Positions 24,242 to 32,000 of a DNA stretch of 32,000 bases are shown piece by piece. Under the pieces are notes generated by a model. It was not told where the DNA came from. It did no database searches and saw nothing but the letters and a program-made list of their open reading frames with translations. The translations under genes and the position numbers were made by a program. The DNA is from Candidatus Arthromitus sp. SFB-mouse-Japan (GTDB taxonomy: Bacteria > Bacillota > Clostridia > Clostridiales > Clostridiaceae): the NCBI RefSeq assembly GCF_000270205.1, contig NC_015913.1, positions 600,001-632,000 on the forward strand, given 5' to 3'. Every line of letters begins with the position of its first letter. Positions within the stretch are counted from its first letter, which is position 1.

Positions 24242-24847
24242 ATGCTCGAATACTCTGAAGAACAATTAGATATGATGAAAGAAATATCTAATATAGCATT
24301 AGGAAATTCAGCAACATCGTTATCTAATTTGCTTAATGCTAGAATTAATATGTCTATTCCGAATGTTCATATCGAATCTATAAGTGATTTTATAGAGGAA
24401 ATTGATGATGTTGAAGTAATAGGGAAAATTTTGATTTTAAAAGGCGATATAGAGGGAAGTGTTTTATTATTATTTGATATTAATACAGCAAAGAAAATAG
24501 TAAAAGATATAGCTAGTGGGCAATTATTGTTTCAGGATGAGTTGGATGATATAAGAATTTCTTTTATAGAAGAGGTTTGTAATATAGTTGGTTCGACATA
24601 CATAAGAAATGTTGCTGATTGCCTTAATTTAAGAATTGAAATTGAAAGTAGTAGTTTGCTCTACGACAGTCTTACTGCAATTTTATCTTACACATTAATG
24701 GAAGAGGAGCAATTTTATGATGAGATATTAAATATAAATACAGATTTCAAATATGAATTAGATACTGAAATGATGAATGTATATTTTTACTTTGTTCCCA
24801 GAAAGGGTAATTTAAATAAAATCTTTAAAACTGAAAGTCAATTTTAG
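24242..24847 (+). CDS. cheC: CheY-P phosphatase CheC
   Basis: The first site, DMMKEISN followed by 22 residues and then P, matches the CheC-family D/S-x3-E-x2-N-x22-P signature. The second site, SFIEEVCN followed by 22 residues, ends in S instead of P. The 201-aa length is typical. Confidence 0.85.
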   Translation: MLEYSEEQLDMMKEISNIALGNSATSLSNLLNARINMSIPNVHIESISDFIEEIDDVEVIGKILILKGDIEGSVLLLFDINTAKKIVKDIASGQLLFQDELDDIRISFIEEVCNIVGSTYIRNVADCLNLRIEIESSSLLYDSLTAILSYTLMEEEQFYDEILNINTDFKYELDTEMMNVYFYFVPRKGNLNKIFKTESQF

Positions 24848-24858
24848 GAGGAATTACA

Positions 24859-25218
24859 ATGAGTAGAATTTTAATAGTTGATGATGCAGCTTTCATGAGA
24901 ATGATGCTTAAGGATATATTGGAGAAGAATGGTTATCAAGTTATTGGAGAAGCGAGTAATGGTCTTAAGGCTATTGAACTTTATAAAAAAGATAGACCAG
25001 ATGTTGTTACAATGGATATTACAATGCCAGAGATGGATGGTATTGAGGCATTAAGGGAAATTATGAGTTTCGATCCTAAGGCAAATATCATAATGTGTAG
25101 TGCTATGGGTCAACAAGGAATGGTTATGGATGCTATTAAGTCTGGAGCTAAAGATTTTATAGTTAAACCTTTCCAATCAGAGAGAGTTATTGAATCAGTT
25201 AAAAAAGTTTTGGGATAA
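24859..25218 (+). CDS. cheY: Chemotaxis response regulator CheY
   Basis: MSRILIVDDAAFMRMMLKDILEKNGY...DVVTMDITMPEMDG...IVKPF carries the canonical acidic pocket, phospho-acceptor Asp and Lys. The Shine-Dalgarno sequence AGGAGG lies 7 nt upstream. Confidence 0.95.
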   Translation: MSRILIVDDAAFMRMMLKDILEKNGYQVIGEASNGLKAIELYKKDRPDVVTMDITMPEMDGIEALREIMSFDPKANIIMCSAMGQQGMVMDAIKSGAKDFIVKPFQSERVIESVKKVLG

Positions 25219-25227
25219 TTTAAAATT

Positions 25228-25656
25228 ATGCAATTAGTCATATTTAAAATTAGAGAGGAATTCTTTGGGGTTGAGGCTTCAAAAGTTCTAAGTATAAATG
25301 ATATGATGACTATTACAAAGGTTCCTAATGCCCCAAGTTATATTAAGGGACTTATAAATTTAAGAGGAATTATTATTTCACTTTTTGATATTTCTATATT
25401 ATTAAATTTAGATCATCGCTCTTATGATAATGTAAGTTTAAATGATAGTAGTGTAATTATACTTGATATTGAGTTTGAAGAAATTGGGATAATAGTTGAT
25501 AAGGTTGATGAGGTGGTGGATATAGATCCAAATTTTATTAAAAGATCTATAGATACGAAAATTCCATTTGTTAAAGGTGTATTGGAACTCAATTTTAAAT
25601 TAATTACTGTTATAGATATTAATAAATTTGTTCCGAAAGATAGTGGGGTGAATTGA
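25228..25656 (+). CDS. cheW: Chemotaxis coupling protein CheW
   Basis: The 142-aa product reads LVIFKIREEFFGVEASKVLSI....VPNAPSYIKGLINLRGIIISLFDIS, which is the canonical CheW pattern. Confidence 0.85.
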   Translation: MQLVIFKIREEFFGVEASKVLSINDMMTITKVPNAPSYIKGLINLRGIIISLFDISILLNLDHRSYDNVSLNDSSVIILDIEFEEIGIIVDKVDEVVDIDPNFIKRSIDTKIPFVKGVLELNFKLITVIDINKFVPKDSGVN

Positions 25657-25660
25657 GGTT

Positions 25661-26680
25661 TTGGGTGATAATGTATTAAGCCAAGAAGAAATTGATAAGC
25701 TTCTGAAAAGCATTGAGTCTGAAGGTACTTCATATAATAGGTCTAATATTTTGCAGAAGAATGTAAAGAAATATGATTTTAAAAGACCTCAAAAGTTCAC
25801 AAAAGAACATATGAAATCTTTAAGTATCATACATGAAAATTTTACTCAGTATCTTTCGAGTTATTTTGTTTCGGTATTTGGCATTCAGATTAAAGTTGAT
25901 ATTATGTCCACTGAACAAATTACATTTCATGAGTTTATTTTTTCGATGCCTAATCCAACTACAATAGTATCATTTGAGATGCCACCTTTATTTGGAAGTA
26001 TTTTTATGGGATTGGAGTCAGCTTTGTCTGTATTATTATTAAATTCTCTTCTTGGATCCAACGATAGAAAAAATTTGGGAATAATGAGGGAATTTAGTGA
26101 TATTGATAAAAAGATTTTAACTCAAGTATCAAATGAGATACTTAATATAATAAGAGTGTCATGGGATGATATTATAGGTGTTGAACCTAAGTTCATTAAC
26201 TTAGAAACTAATCCATCTACTGTTCAATCAATGGGTCCCAATGAACCAATTTTATTTGTAACTTTTAAGATTGAAATTGAGGGAACGGCATATTTTATGT
26301 ATATTTGTTTGCCTTATATTTCAATAGAGAAGATAGGTGATAAGTTAAATAGAGATTATTTAGTTAAGACAAATACAGAAGAAGAAGTAGAACTTATCAA
26401 GAAATCTATTAGGAAAGAATTGAATAGTGTAAATATAGAGTTAGAAGCTATATTGGATAAAAAATTGATTAGTGTTCAAGATTTCTTATCTCTTCAAACT
26501 AATGATATCATAATTTTAAATAAAAAGTGTAATAGTCCAGTTGAGATATATATTGAGAATAGGTTGATTTTTAATGGAGTATTGGGACTTGTTGGGGAGA
26601 ATAAAGGTGTAAAGATTTTAGATATTTATTATAGTGAGGAGGTTATGAAAAATGGAGAAGGAAAATCAAAACCAGAGTGA
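25661..26680 (+). CDS. fliM: Flagellar motor switch protein FliM
   Basis: The N-terminal CheY-P binding motif LSQEEIDKLL is present, followed by YDFKRPQKF. The 339-aa length fits. The TTG is the only in-frame start upstream of the motif. Confidence 0.9.
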   Translation: MGDNVLSQEEIDKLLKSIESEGTSYNRSNILQKNVKKYDFKRPQKFTKEHMKSLSIIHENFTQYLSSYFVSVFGIQIKVDIMSTEQITFHEFIFSMPNPTTIVSFEMPPLFGSIFMGLESALSVLLLNSLLGSNDRKNLGIMREFSDIDKKILTQVSNEILNIIRVSWDDIIGVEPKFINLETNPSTVQSMGPNEPILFVTFKIEIEGTAYFMYICLPYISIEKIGDKLNRDYLVKTNTEEEVELIKKSIRKELNSVNIELEAILDKKLISVQDFLSLQTNDIIILNKKCNSPVEIYIENRLIFNGVLGLVGENKGVKILDIYYSEEVMKNGEGKSKPE

Positions 26681-27728
26681 TGTAAATCAGACTGAAAATG
26701 GTACGGATCCAATTGTTACTAATGAAGAACGAGATCTTCTTGGTGAAATCGGTAACATTTGTATGGGTAATGCATCAACAAGTTTTTCCAAGTTATTACA
26801 AAAGCCTGTTACGATAACTACTCCTACTGTTGAAGTTGTTAATATATCCGATATAGCTAAAGAGTTTATGCAACCACATATAGCTTTAAAGGTAAAGTAT
26901 ACGAGAGGCATTGATGGAAATAACGTACTTGTTATGAGTATAAGGGATGCTATAATTATTGCTGATATCATGATGGGTGGAGATGGTAAAAATGTTGAAG
27001 ATAGGGAAACGCTAAATGAAATAGAAATAAGTGCCGTTTCTGAGGCGATGAATCAGATGATAGCTTCGTCGGCTACTTCTATGTCTACGATGTTTCAAAA
27101 AACTATAGATATTTCAACCCCAGAAACAGTTATAAGTTATAACAGTAAAGATAGCGAAAAGATATTTGGTAATAGCAATGAGAAAATTATAAAAATAAAA
27201 TTCCAAATGAATGTTGCAGATTTAATTAATAGTAACATTGTGCAGGTCGTGAGTATAGAGACAGGTAAAAATATTATAAATATTATGCTTAATGATCAAA
27301 ATGGATTTAAAGAAGGATCAACTGATCATAGATATGATGATCAAAGTTTGGATAACCAAAATTTGAAAGCAGTTGAGAATTCTAATAATTCAAAGCCGAT
27401 TAAAAATTATGATGTAAGTGATGCTGTTTTGATGCCATTGAGTCAAGGAGCTACACCAGCAACCCCTAATAATATCGATTTAATTTTGGATGTTCCTCTT
27501 GAAATCTCTGTTGTCCTTGGGAAAACGAAGAAGAATGTTGGAGAGATTTTAAATCTAGGTACAGGTTCGCTTGTTGAGCTTGAGAAGTTAGCAGAAGAGC
27601 CGGTTGATATATTAGTTAATGGAAAGCAGATTGCGACAGGAGAAGTTGTTGTTGTTAACGAAAATTTTGGTGTAAGGATCACAGCAATTTTAAGTAATAC
27701 AGAACGGGTTAAAAACTTAAATTTATAG
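26652..27728 (+). CDS. fliY: Flagellar motor switch protein FliY (CheC-like domain + FliN domain)
   Basis: Both CheC-type sites are intact (DLLGEIGN-x22-P and SAVSEAMN-x22-P). The C-terminal FliN domain reads LDVPLEISVVLGKTKKNVGEILNLGTGSLVELEKLAEEPVDILVNGKQIATGEVVVVNENFGVRI. The Shine-Dalgarno sequence is GAGGAGG at 26636-26642. The gene overlaps fliM by 29 nt. Confidence 0.85.
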   Translation: MEKENQNQSDVNQTENGTDPIVTNEERDLLGEIGNICMGNASTSFSKLLQKPVTITTPTVEVVNISDIAKEFMQPHIALKVKYTRGIDGNNVLVMSIRDAIIIADIMMGGDGKNVEDRETLNEIEISAVSEAMNQMIASSATSMSTMFQKTIDISTPETVISYNSKDSEKIFGNSNEKIIKIKFQMNVADLINSNIVQVVSIETGKNIINIMLNDQNGFKEGSTDHRYDDQSLDNQNLKAVENSNNSKPIKNYDVSDAVLMPLSQGATPATPNNIDLILDVPLEISVVLGKTKKNVGEILNLGTGSLVELEKLAEEPVDILVNGKQIATGEVVVVNENFGVRITAILSNTERVKNLNL

Positions 27729-27788
27729 TTATTTAGTTTTTAACTTTTTTTATATAAAAATATACCTATGTTTATTATATTGGAGGTA

Positions 27789-28205
27789 ATGAGTTTGAAC
27801 AAAGAAGTTAATGGTATAATTCTTAATCAAATTAAATTATTTGACACTTTACAAAAATATTTGGAAGAGCAAAAAGAATTTATAAGGAACAATAAATTGT
27901 TTGAACTTGATGGGATATCGTTTAAAATTAATAATGTTTGTAAGAGTATTGCAGATGAAGAGGTTAAGCTGAGAAAATTATTAAATAATGAGTATATTAA
28001 AGATTTTGTTATGAAGAACAAAGATGATAAAGAATTATATGAAAGCTATATACTTCTTGTTTCTTTAGTTGAAAAGATAAATTTGATTAAGGATGATAAT
28101 AAATTTCTTATTAAAAAATCATTGAGCTTTACAAACAAACTGTTATCTTCTATTAATAAGAATGCAAATCAACCTAATGTTTATACGAGGAAACCTAATT
28201 ATTAA
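27789..28205 (+). CDS. Small helical protein, FlgN-like flagellar chaperone by position
   Basis: It lies immediately upstream of flgK, as flgN/yvyG does in Bacillus and Clostridioides. It is helical and rich in Leu, Lys and Glu. The ORF track's ATG at 27768 precedes the GGAGG at 27782-27786. In-frame ATG 27789 (2-nt spacing) or TTG 27795 (8-nt spacing) is more likely. Confidence 0.45.
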   Translation: MSLNKEVNGIILNQIKLFDTLQKYLEEQKEFIRNNKLFELDGISFKINNVCKSIADEEVKLRKLLNNEYIKDFVMKNKDDKELYESYILLVSLVEKINLIKDDNKFLIKKSLSFTNKLLSSINKNANQPNVYTRKPNY

Positions 28206-28241
28206 ATTTAATTGTTGTTTCTAGAAAGGGGGCGTTTTATT

Positions 28242-29978
28242 ATGGCAGGTTTGTTTAATACTCTTAATATTTCTAAGCGTGGTATAAATGTTATGCAGGC
28301 AGGTCTTAATGCAACTTCTCATAATATTAGCAATGCATCACGAACAGATTATACAAGACAAAGGATAAGAGTTGAGGCGTCCTCACCATTGACGACTGTT
28401 GGGAGTGCTGGTCAAATTGGAACTGGTGCTCAGGTTGCAATGGTTGAGAGGGTTAGAAATACTTTTTTAGATTATCAGATTAGAAATGAAAATTCATCAC
28501 TTGCAGATGCAAACGTTCGCCAAAATGTTTTATCTGAAATAGAGAGTCTTGTTAATGAAAGTGGCGATAAAGGACTTAGTAAGATGTTTGATAAGTTTTT
28601 TGACAGTTGGCAGGATTTGTCAAAGAATCCATCTGATATTAATACGAGAAATATTGTTTTGCAAGAAGCATCCAATATGGCTACAGAGATAAATCGTATT
28701 TATTCAAAACTTCAAGAATCAAAGGGTGATGTAAATGATACGATTAAAAATTCAGTCGTTGAGGTTAATTTAATTCTTAATGAAATAAATGAGCTTAATC
28801 AAAAGATACAAGAAATTTCTATGGTTGGGAATCAACCAAATGATTTAATGGATAAAAGAGATGCTCTTCTTGATCAACTCAGTGGTAAGATGGGAATATC
28901 ACTTGAGAATAAAAAAAATAATGGAATTAATGTTACTGGGAAAGATATAGCATTAGGGAATTTGGTAAGCAGTAAAGAAGGAGAAGGTGATTTAAGATTA
29001 ACATATATAGAAGAAATTGAAGTAAATGGACAAGGTGCTTTTCCTAAAAGTGTAGTGATAACTTATTATAAGAATAATGATTCAAGTGATCCGAATAATA
29101 GAGCTACCCTTGAAATAGAGAACATGAGTGAGAAAGATTTTAATGATCTACAAAAGAATAGAATTGTTTTATCGAATAAGGAAGGAAATCTTATTGATAA
29201 AGCAGGGAAGGAAATTACAAATCCTCAGGTCAACGCAAATAATTTCTCATCGCTTAGTCTAAGCACTGGAGAACTTGGAGGTCTCCAAAAATCCCATGAT
29301 GAACTCGATTCTTTTATAAATCAATTAAATCAATTGACGAAGTCTATTGTTTTTTCCCTAAATGCTGTTCACAGTGGTAAAACAGATGCTGCTACGGATA
29401 ATTTGCCATTTTTTGTAAACTCCGATGGTGGAGATGAAAATTCTATAACTGCAGGTAATATTTCTGTGAATACTACTCTTTTAGATGATCCCATGAAATT
29501 AAAAGTCAGAAAGAATGATCATATGTTCGATGATGCTACTCAGAATACTATTGATGGACAAGGTGACGGAGATAGAGCTTTGGCTATTGCATCTTTGAGA
29601 GATAAATTGTTTAACATCTCTGATATTGGGAAAACTATTAATAGCAGAGAAGATTTTTTCAATCCTAATAAGGGCGGAAGCGAGCTTATTAATAATGGAC
29701 TTGACATCAATAGTGCAAAAAGTGGGACAAAGATTGAATCACAATATAAAAATATGGTGACAACTGTTGGTATAAGATCACAAGAAGCAGCTAGGGAAGC
29801 AGATAATTTTGAGGATTTGGTTTATAATCTTGAAATTTCTAGAATGAGTGTTTCTGGGGTTTCTCTTGATGAAGAAATGAGTAATCTTATAACTTTTCAG
29901 CATGCTTATAATGCGAGTGCTAGAGTTATTTCTACAGTTGATAAGTTATTAGATGTTATTATAAATGGATTGATGTAG
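28242..29978 (+). CDS. flgK: Flagellar hook-associated protein 1, FlgK
   Basis: The N-terminus MAGLFNTLNISKRGINVMQAGLNATSHNISNA and the C-terminus SLDEEMSNLITFQHAYNASARVISTVDKLLDVII are the conserved FlgK terminal helices. The ATG at 28242 lies 9 nt after AAAGGGGG. The track's upstream extension from 28212 is unlikely. Confidence 0.9.
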   Translation: MAGLFNTLNISKRGINVMQAGLNATSHNISNASRTDYTRQRIRVEASSPLTTVGSAGQIGTGAQVAMVERVRNTFLDYQIRNENSSLADANVRQNVLSEIESLVNESGDKGLSKMFDKFFDSWQDLSKNPSDINTRNIVLQEASNMATEINRIYSKLQESKGDVNDTIKNSVVEVNLILNEINELNQKIQEISMVGNQPNDLMDKRDALLDQLSGKMGISLENKKNNGINVTGKDIALGNLVSSKEGEGDLRLTYIEEIEVNGQGAFPKSVVITYYKNNDSSDPNNRATLEIENMSEKDFNDLQKNRIVLSNKEGNLIDKAGKEITNPQVNANNFSSLSLSTGELGGLQKSHDELDSFINQLNQLTKSIVFSLNAVHSGKTDAATDNLPFFVNSDGGDENSITAGNISVNTTLLDDPMKLKVRKNDHMFDDATQNTIDGQGDGDRALAIASLRDKLFNISDIGKTINSREDFFNPNKGGSELINNGLDINSAKSGTKIESQYKNMVTTVGIRSQEAAREADNFEDLVYNLEISRMSVSGVSLDEEMSNLITFQHAYNASARVISTVDKLLDVIINGLM

Positions 29979-29997
29979 TTGTTAGGAGGGCATGATA

Positions 29998-30969
29998 ATG
30001 AGAATTACAAATGGTATGACCAATCGGAATTTTAATTATAACCTTCACAAAAATCTTACAAGGATGAACAAGATAGATAATCAATTGAATACAGGAAAAG
30101 AGATTAATAAGATTTCCGATGATCCAGCAAAGGCTTCAAAGATTATGCGTCTTAAAACTGATATCGCAAAGAATGCTCAATACAATAAAAATATTGTTGA
30201 TGCGACCAATCATCTTGATGTTACAGATAAGGCATTAGAGCAAGCTAATGATGGACTTCAAAAAATGAGGGAACTTTTGGTTAGTGCGGGTAATGCAACT
30301 TATGGGTCAGATGAGAGAGCTGCACTAAAAGAAGAGATATCTCAACTTGTGAATAAAATGGGAGATATTTTAAATACAACTTTTGACGGGAAATATATAT
30401 TTGGTGGTGAAAGAATTGATCAAAAGCCTGTAGAAATATCAAAAGATCCAATTAGTGGCAATATTAAGCTTGATTATAATGGAAAAAATGGTCAACAAAT
30501 AACGCAAGTTGAACTTGATCAAATTAAACATCCACTTGAAATGGAAATTTCTTCTGGTGTAAAGATTGATTATGGAGTTAATGCAATTCAAATGTTGGAA
30601 TTTAAGGATAAAGATGGAAATGATATTAATCTTATGGAGAGTTTCGGTGAAATTTTGCAAAATTTAGATGCAACAGATGAAACAGCTTATAAAAAACTTA
30701 TAACAAAAAATTTGGAACAAATTGACAATGCACTTCAAAATATTTCAAATATTAGGGGTCAAATTGGTTCAAAACAAAACAGAATGGAAGATGCACTGGA
30801 AAGAAATGAAGAAGAAAAATTTAATATTAAGGAAATTTTATCGAGTATTGAAGATATAGATTTTGCAGAAAAAACAATCGATTATGTAACAGCTATGACG
30901 ATGTATACGGCTTCACTTCAAGCAAGTTCAAAGATAATGCAACCGTCATTGATCGATTATTTAAGATAA
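29998..30969 (+). CDS. flgL: Flagellar hook-associated protein 3, FlgL
   Basis: MRITNGM...GKEINKISDDPAKA is the flagellin-like N-terminus. The C-terminus has IEDIDFAEKTIDY..ASLQASSKIMQPSL. The ATG at 29998 lies 7 nt after AGGAGGG. The ATG at 29992 is only 1 nt after it. Confidence 0.88.
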   Translation: MRITNGMTNRNFNYNLHKNLTRMNKIDNQLNTGKEINKISDDPAKASKIMRLKTDIAKNAQYNKNIVDATNHLDVTDKALEQANDGLQKMRELLVSAGNATYGSDERAALKEEISQLVNKMGDILNTTFDGKYIFGGERIDQKPVEISKDPISGNIKLDYNGKNGQQITQVELDQIKHPLEMEISSGVKIDYGVNAIQMLEFKDKDGNDINLMESFGEILQNLDATDETAYKKLITKNLEQIDNALQNISNIRGQIGSKQNRMEDALERNEEEKFNIKEILSSIEDIDFAEKTIDYVTAMTMYTASLQASSKIMQPSLIDYLR

Positions 30970-31073
30970 ACTTGATTGTATATATTTTTTAAACAGGATA
31001 ATAATAATATTAAAAATATTTTTAAAAAGTATTTTAAATTTTTTAATTTTTGAATTTAGGAGGAATTTAATCA

Positions 31074-31481
31074 ATGGGAGAGCAAATGGTTTTAAAAAAT
31101 GGTAGTGTAGTATTTGAAAAAGGGTTACCTGGATTTGATGGGCTTAAAAATTTTGAATTGGCGGCATTAGAGCAAGTTGGATTTTTTAATTTAAGTTCTT
31201 CTGAGCAGGAAAATATTTCTCTTCTATTAATTGATCCATATATTTATTTTCCTAATTATGAAATAGAAATTGATGATAATACAACAAAGAGATTAGGAAT
31301 AAAAGATGCAACTGATGTTTTAGTTTTAAGTGTTGTAACATTAAATGATGATGTAGAAAAAATAACTGTGAATTTAAGAGCTCCTATAATTATTAATCTT
31401 ACAACTGGAAAGTGTGAGCAAGTAATATTAGATAGAGAAGATTATTTGGTTAGACAATCATTAGTAGTCAAAAGAGGGTGA
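31074..31481 (+). CDS. fliW: Flagellar assembly factor FliW
   Basis: VVFEKGLPGFDGLKNFEL and NLRAPIIINLTTGKCEQVIL match the FliW signature regions. The Shine-Dalgarno sequence is AGGAGG at 31058-31063. Confidence 0.9.
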   Translation: MGEQMVLKNGSVVFEKGLPGFDGLKNFELAALEQVGFFNLSSSEQENISLLLIDPYIYFPNYEIEIDDNTTKRLGIKDATDVLVLSVVTLNDDVEKITVNLRAPIIINLTTGKCEQVILDREDYLVRQSLVVKRG

Positions 31482-31488
31482 TTTTTAA

Positions 31489-31713
31489 GTGTTAGTTATT
31501 TCGCGTAAGAAAGAGGAGAGTTTATTCATTGGAGATGACATTGAGATAAAGGTTGTGAAGATTGAGGACAATTGCGTTAAACTAGCAATAGAAGCTCCGA
31601 AAGAATTAAAGATTTTAAGAAAAGAGCTTATACAAGATATTAGTTCCCAAAACAAAAAATCTGTTTCTTCTAATATGATTGACGTTATTTCTAAGATTGA
31701 TAATCTAAAATAG
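31489..31713 (+). CDS. csrA: Carbon storage regulator / translational repressor CsrA
   Basis: [47 protein letters not shown] is the canonical CsrA sequence. It uses a GTG start and encodes 74 aa. Confidence 0.95.
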   Translation: MLVISRKKEESLFIGDDIEIKVVKIEDNCVKLAIEAPKELKILRKELIQDISSQNKKSVSSNMIDVISKIDNLK

Positions 31714-31757
31714 GTAGGTTTATATAATTATTATTTGAAAATAGGTAGGTAATATTT

Positions 31758-32000
31758 ATGTTAAACGCAAGGGATACTTATAAGAACAGCAGTATTAACA
31801 ATGTGTCGAAAGAAAAGCTCTTGATTATGTTAGTTGAAGGTGGAGTCAAGTTTTGTAAAATTGCAAAACTTGCCTTTAAAACTAATAATTTAAAAGAGAT
31901 TCATACGAACTTGGTTAAAGCTCAAGATATTTTTTATGAGCTAATGATAACATTAGATACTGAAAAAGGTGGGGTTTGGGCAGAAAACCTAAAAAGTATA
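31758..32000 (+). CDS. fliS: Flagellar export chaperone FliS, N-terminal part; 3' end lies outside the window
   Basis: The ATG at 31758 opens a frame that runs to the window edge. The product MLNARDTYKNSSINNVSKEKLLIMLVEGGVKFCKIAKLAFKTNNLKEIHTNLVKAQDIFYELMITLDTEKGG aligns by eye with B. subtilis FliS (YQQNSVNTATPGELTLMLYNGCLKF...NLIKAQNIIQEL). It is not in the ORF track because no stop codon falls within the window. Confidence 0.8.
   Translation, partial: MLNARDTYKNSSINNVSKEKLLIMLVEGGVKFCKIAKLAFKTNNLKEIHTNLVKAQDIFYELMITLDTEKGGVWAENLKSI

Noticed and set aside
26848-26854. CCGATAT, matching the -10 element of sigma-D/sigma-28 flagellar promoters, inside fliY
   Set aside because: There is no TAAA -35 element at the required spacing of about 15 nt upstream (the sequence there is ctgttgaag). 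The site is in the middle of a coding region, so it is most likely a chance match.
15575-30660. Other short antisense ORFs in the track (15575..15763, 20803..20994, 22311..22526, 23151..23354, 25422..25733, 26687..26971, 27443..27682, 27827..28021, 28475..28675, 30439..30660)
   Set aside because: Each lies antisense inside a confidently identified che, fli, flg or GH3 gene. None has a Shine-Dalgarno sequence or a recognisable motif.
30970-31073. Possible regulatory RNA or riboswitch in the 104-bp gap before fliW
   Set aside because: The region is almost pure A/T with no stable stems. There is only a weak sigma-A-like TTGATT-n19-GATAAT, with poor spacing.

Overview
This is a very AT-rich chromosomal window that looks like a low-GC Firmicute (Clostridia-like). 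I found no rRNA, tRNA, CRISPR array or transposase, and every real gene but one lies on the + strand. It splits into three blocks.

(i) 1-4600 looks accessory. It holds the 3' end of an ECF-type sigma factor gene, a translationally coupled single-pass membrane protein (putative anti-sigma), and three tandem cassettes of about 1.1-1.2 kb. Each cassette has the same upstream module, a gene built from 95-aa (285-bp) modules that I cannot assign to any family, and the same terminator. One paralog carries three near-perfect in-frame 285-bp repeats, one is a mosaic of the other two, and one swaps the signal peptide for a membrane anchor. This is the best candidate for something undescribed.

(ii) 4.6-19.3 kb is a housekeeping mix:
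- APC amino-acid permease
- minus-strand surface protein with DUF4214
- tRNA 2-selenouridine synthase
- secreted beta-propeller-like protein
- beta-CASP MBL hydrolase
- pyruvate:ferredoxin oxidoreductase
- GH3 NagZ-like lipoprotein
- Myb/SANT-like protein
- DUF1450 and DUF1292 proteins
- HAD-IB hydrolase
- class IV aminotransferase

(iii) 19.3-32 kb is a contiguous chemotaxis and late-flagellar cluster: cheW-cheD-cheB-cheR-cheA-cheC-cheY-cheW-fliM-fliY-(flgN-like)-flgK-flgL-fliW-csrA-fliS. Its CheB appears to have Asn in place of the phospho-acceptor Asp.

Several ORF-track starts look over-extended and were trimmed to the start with sensible Shine-Dalgarno spacing. All antisense ORFs in the track were rejected.
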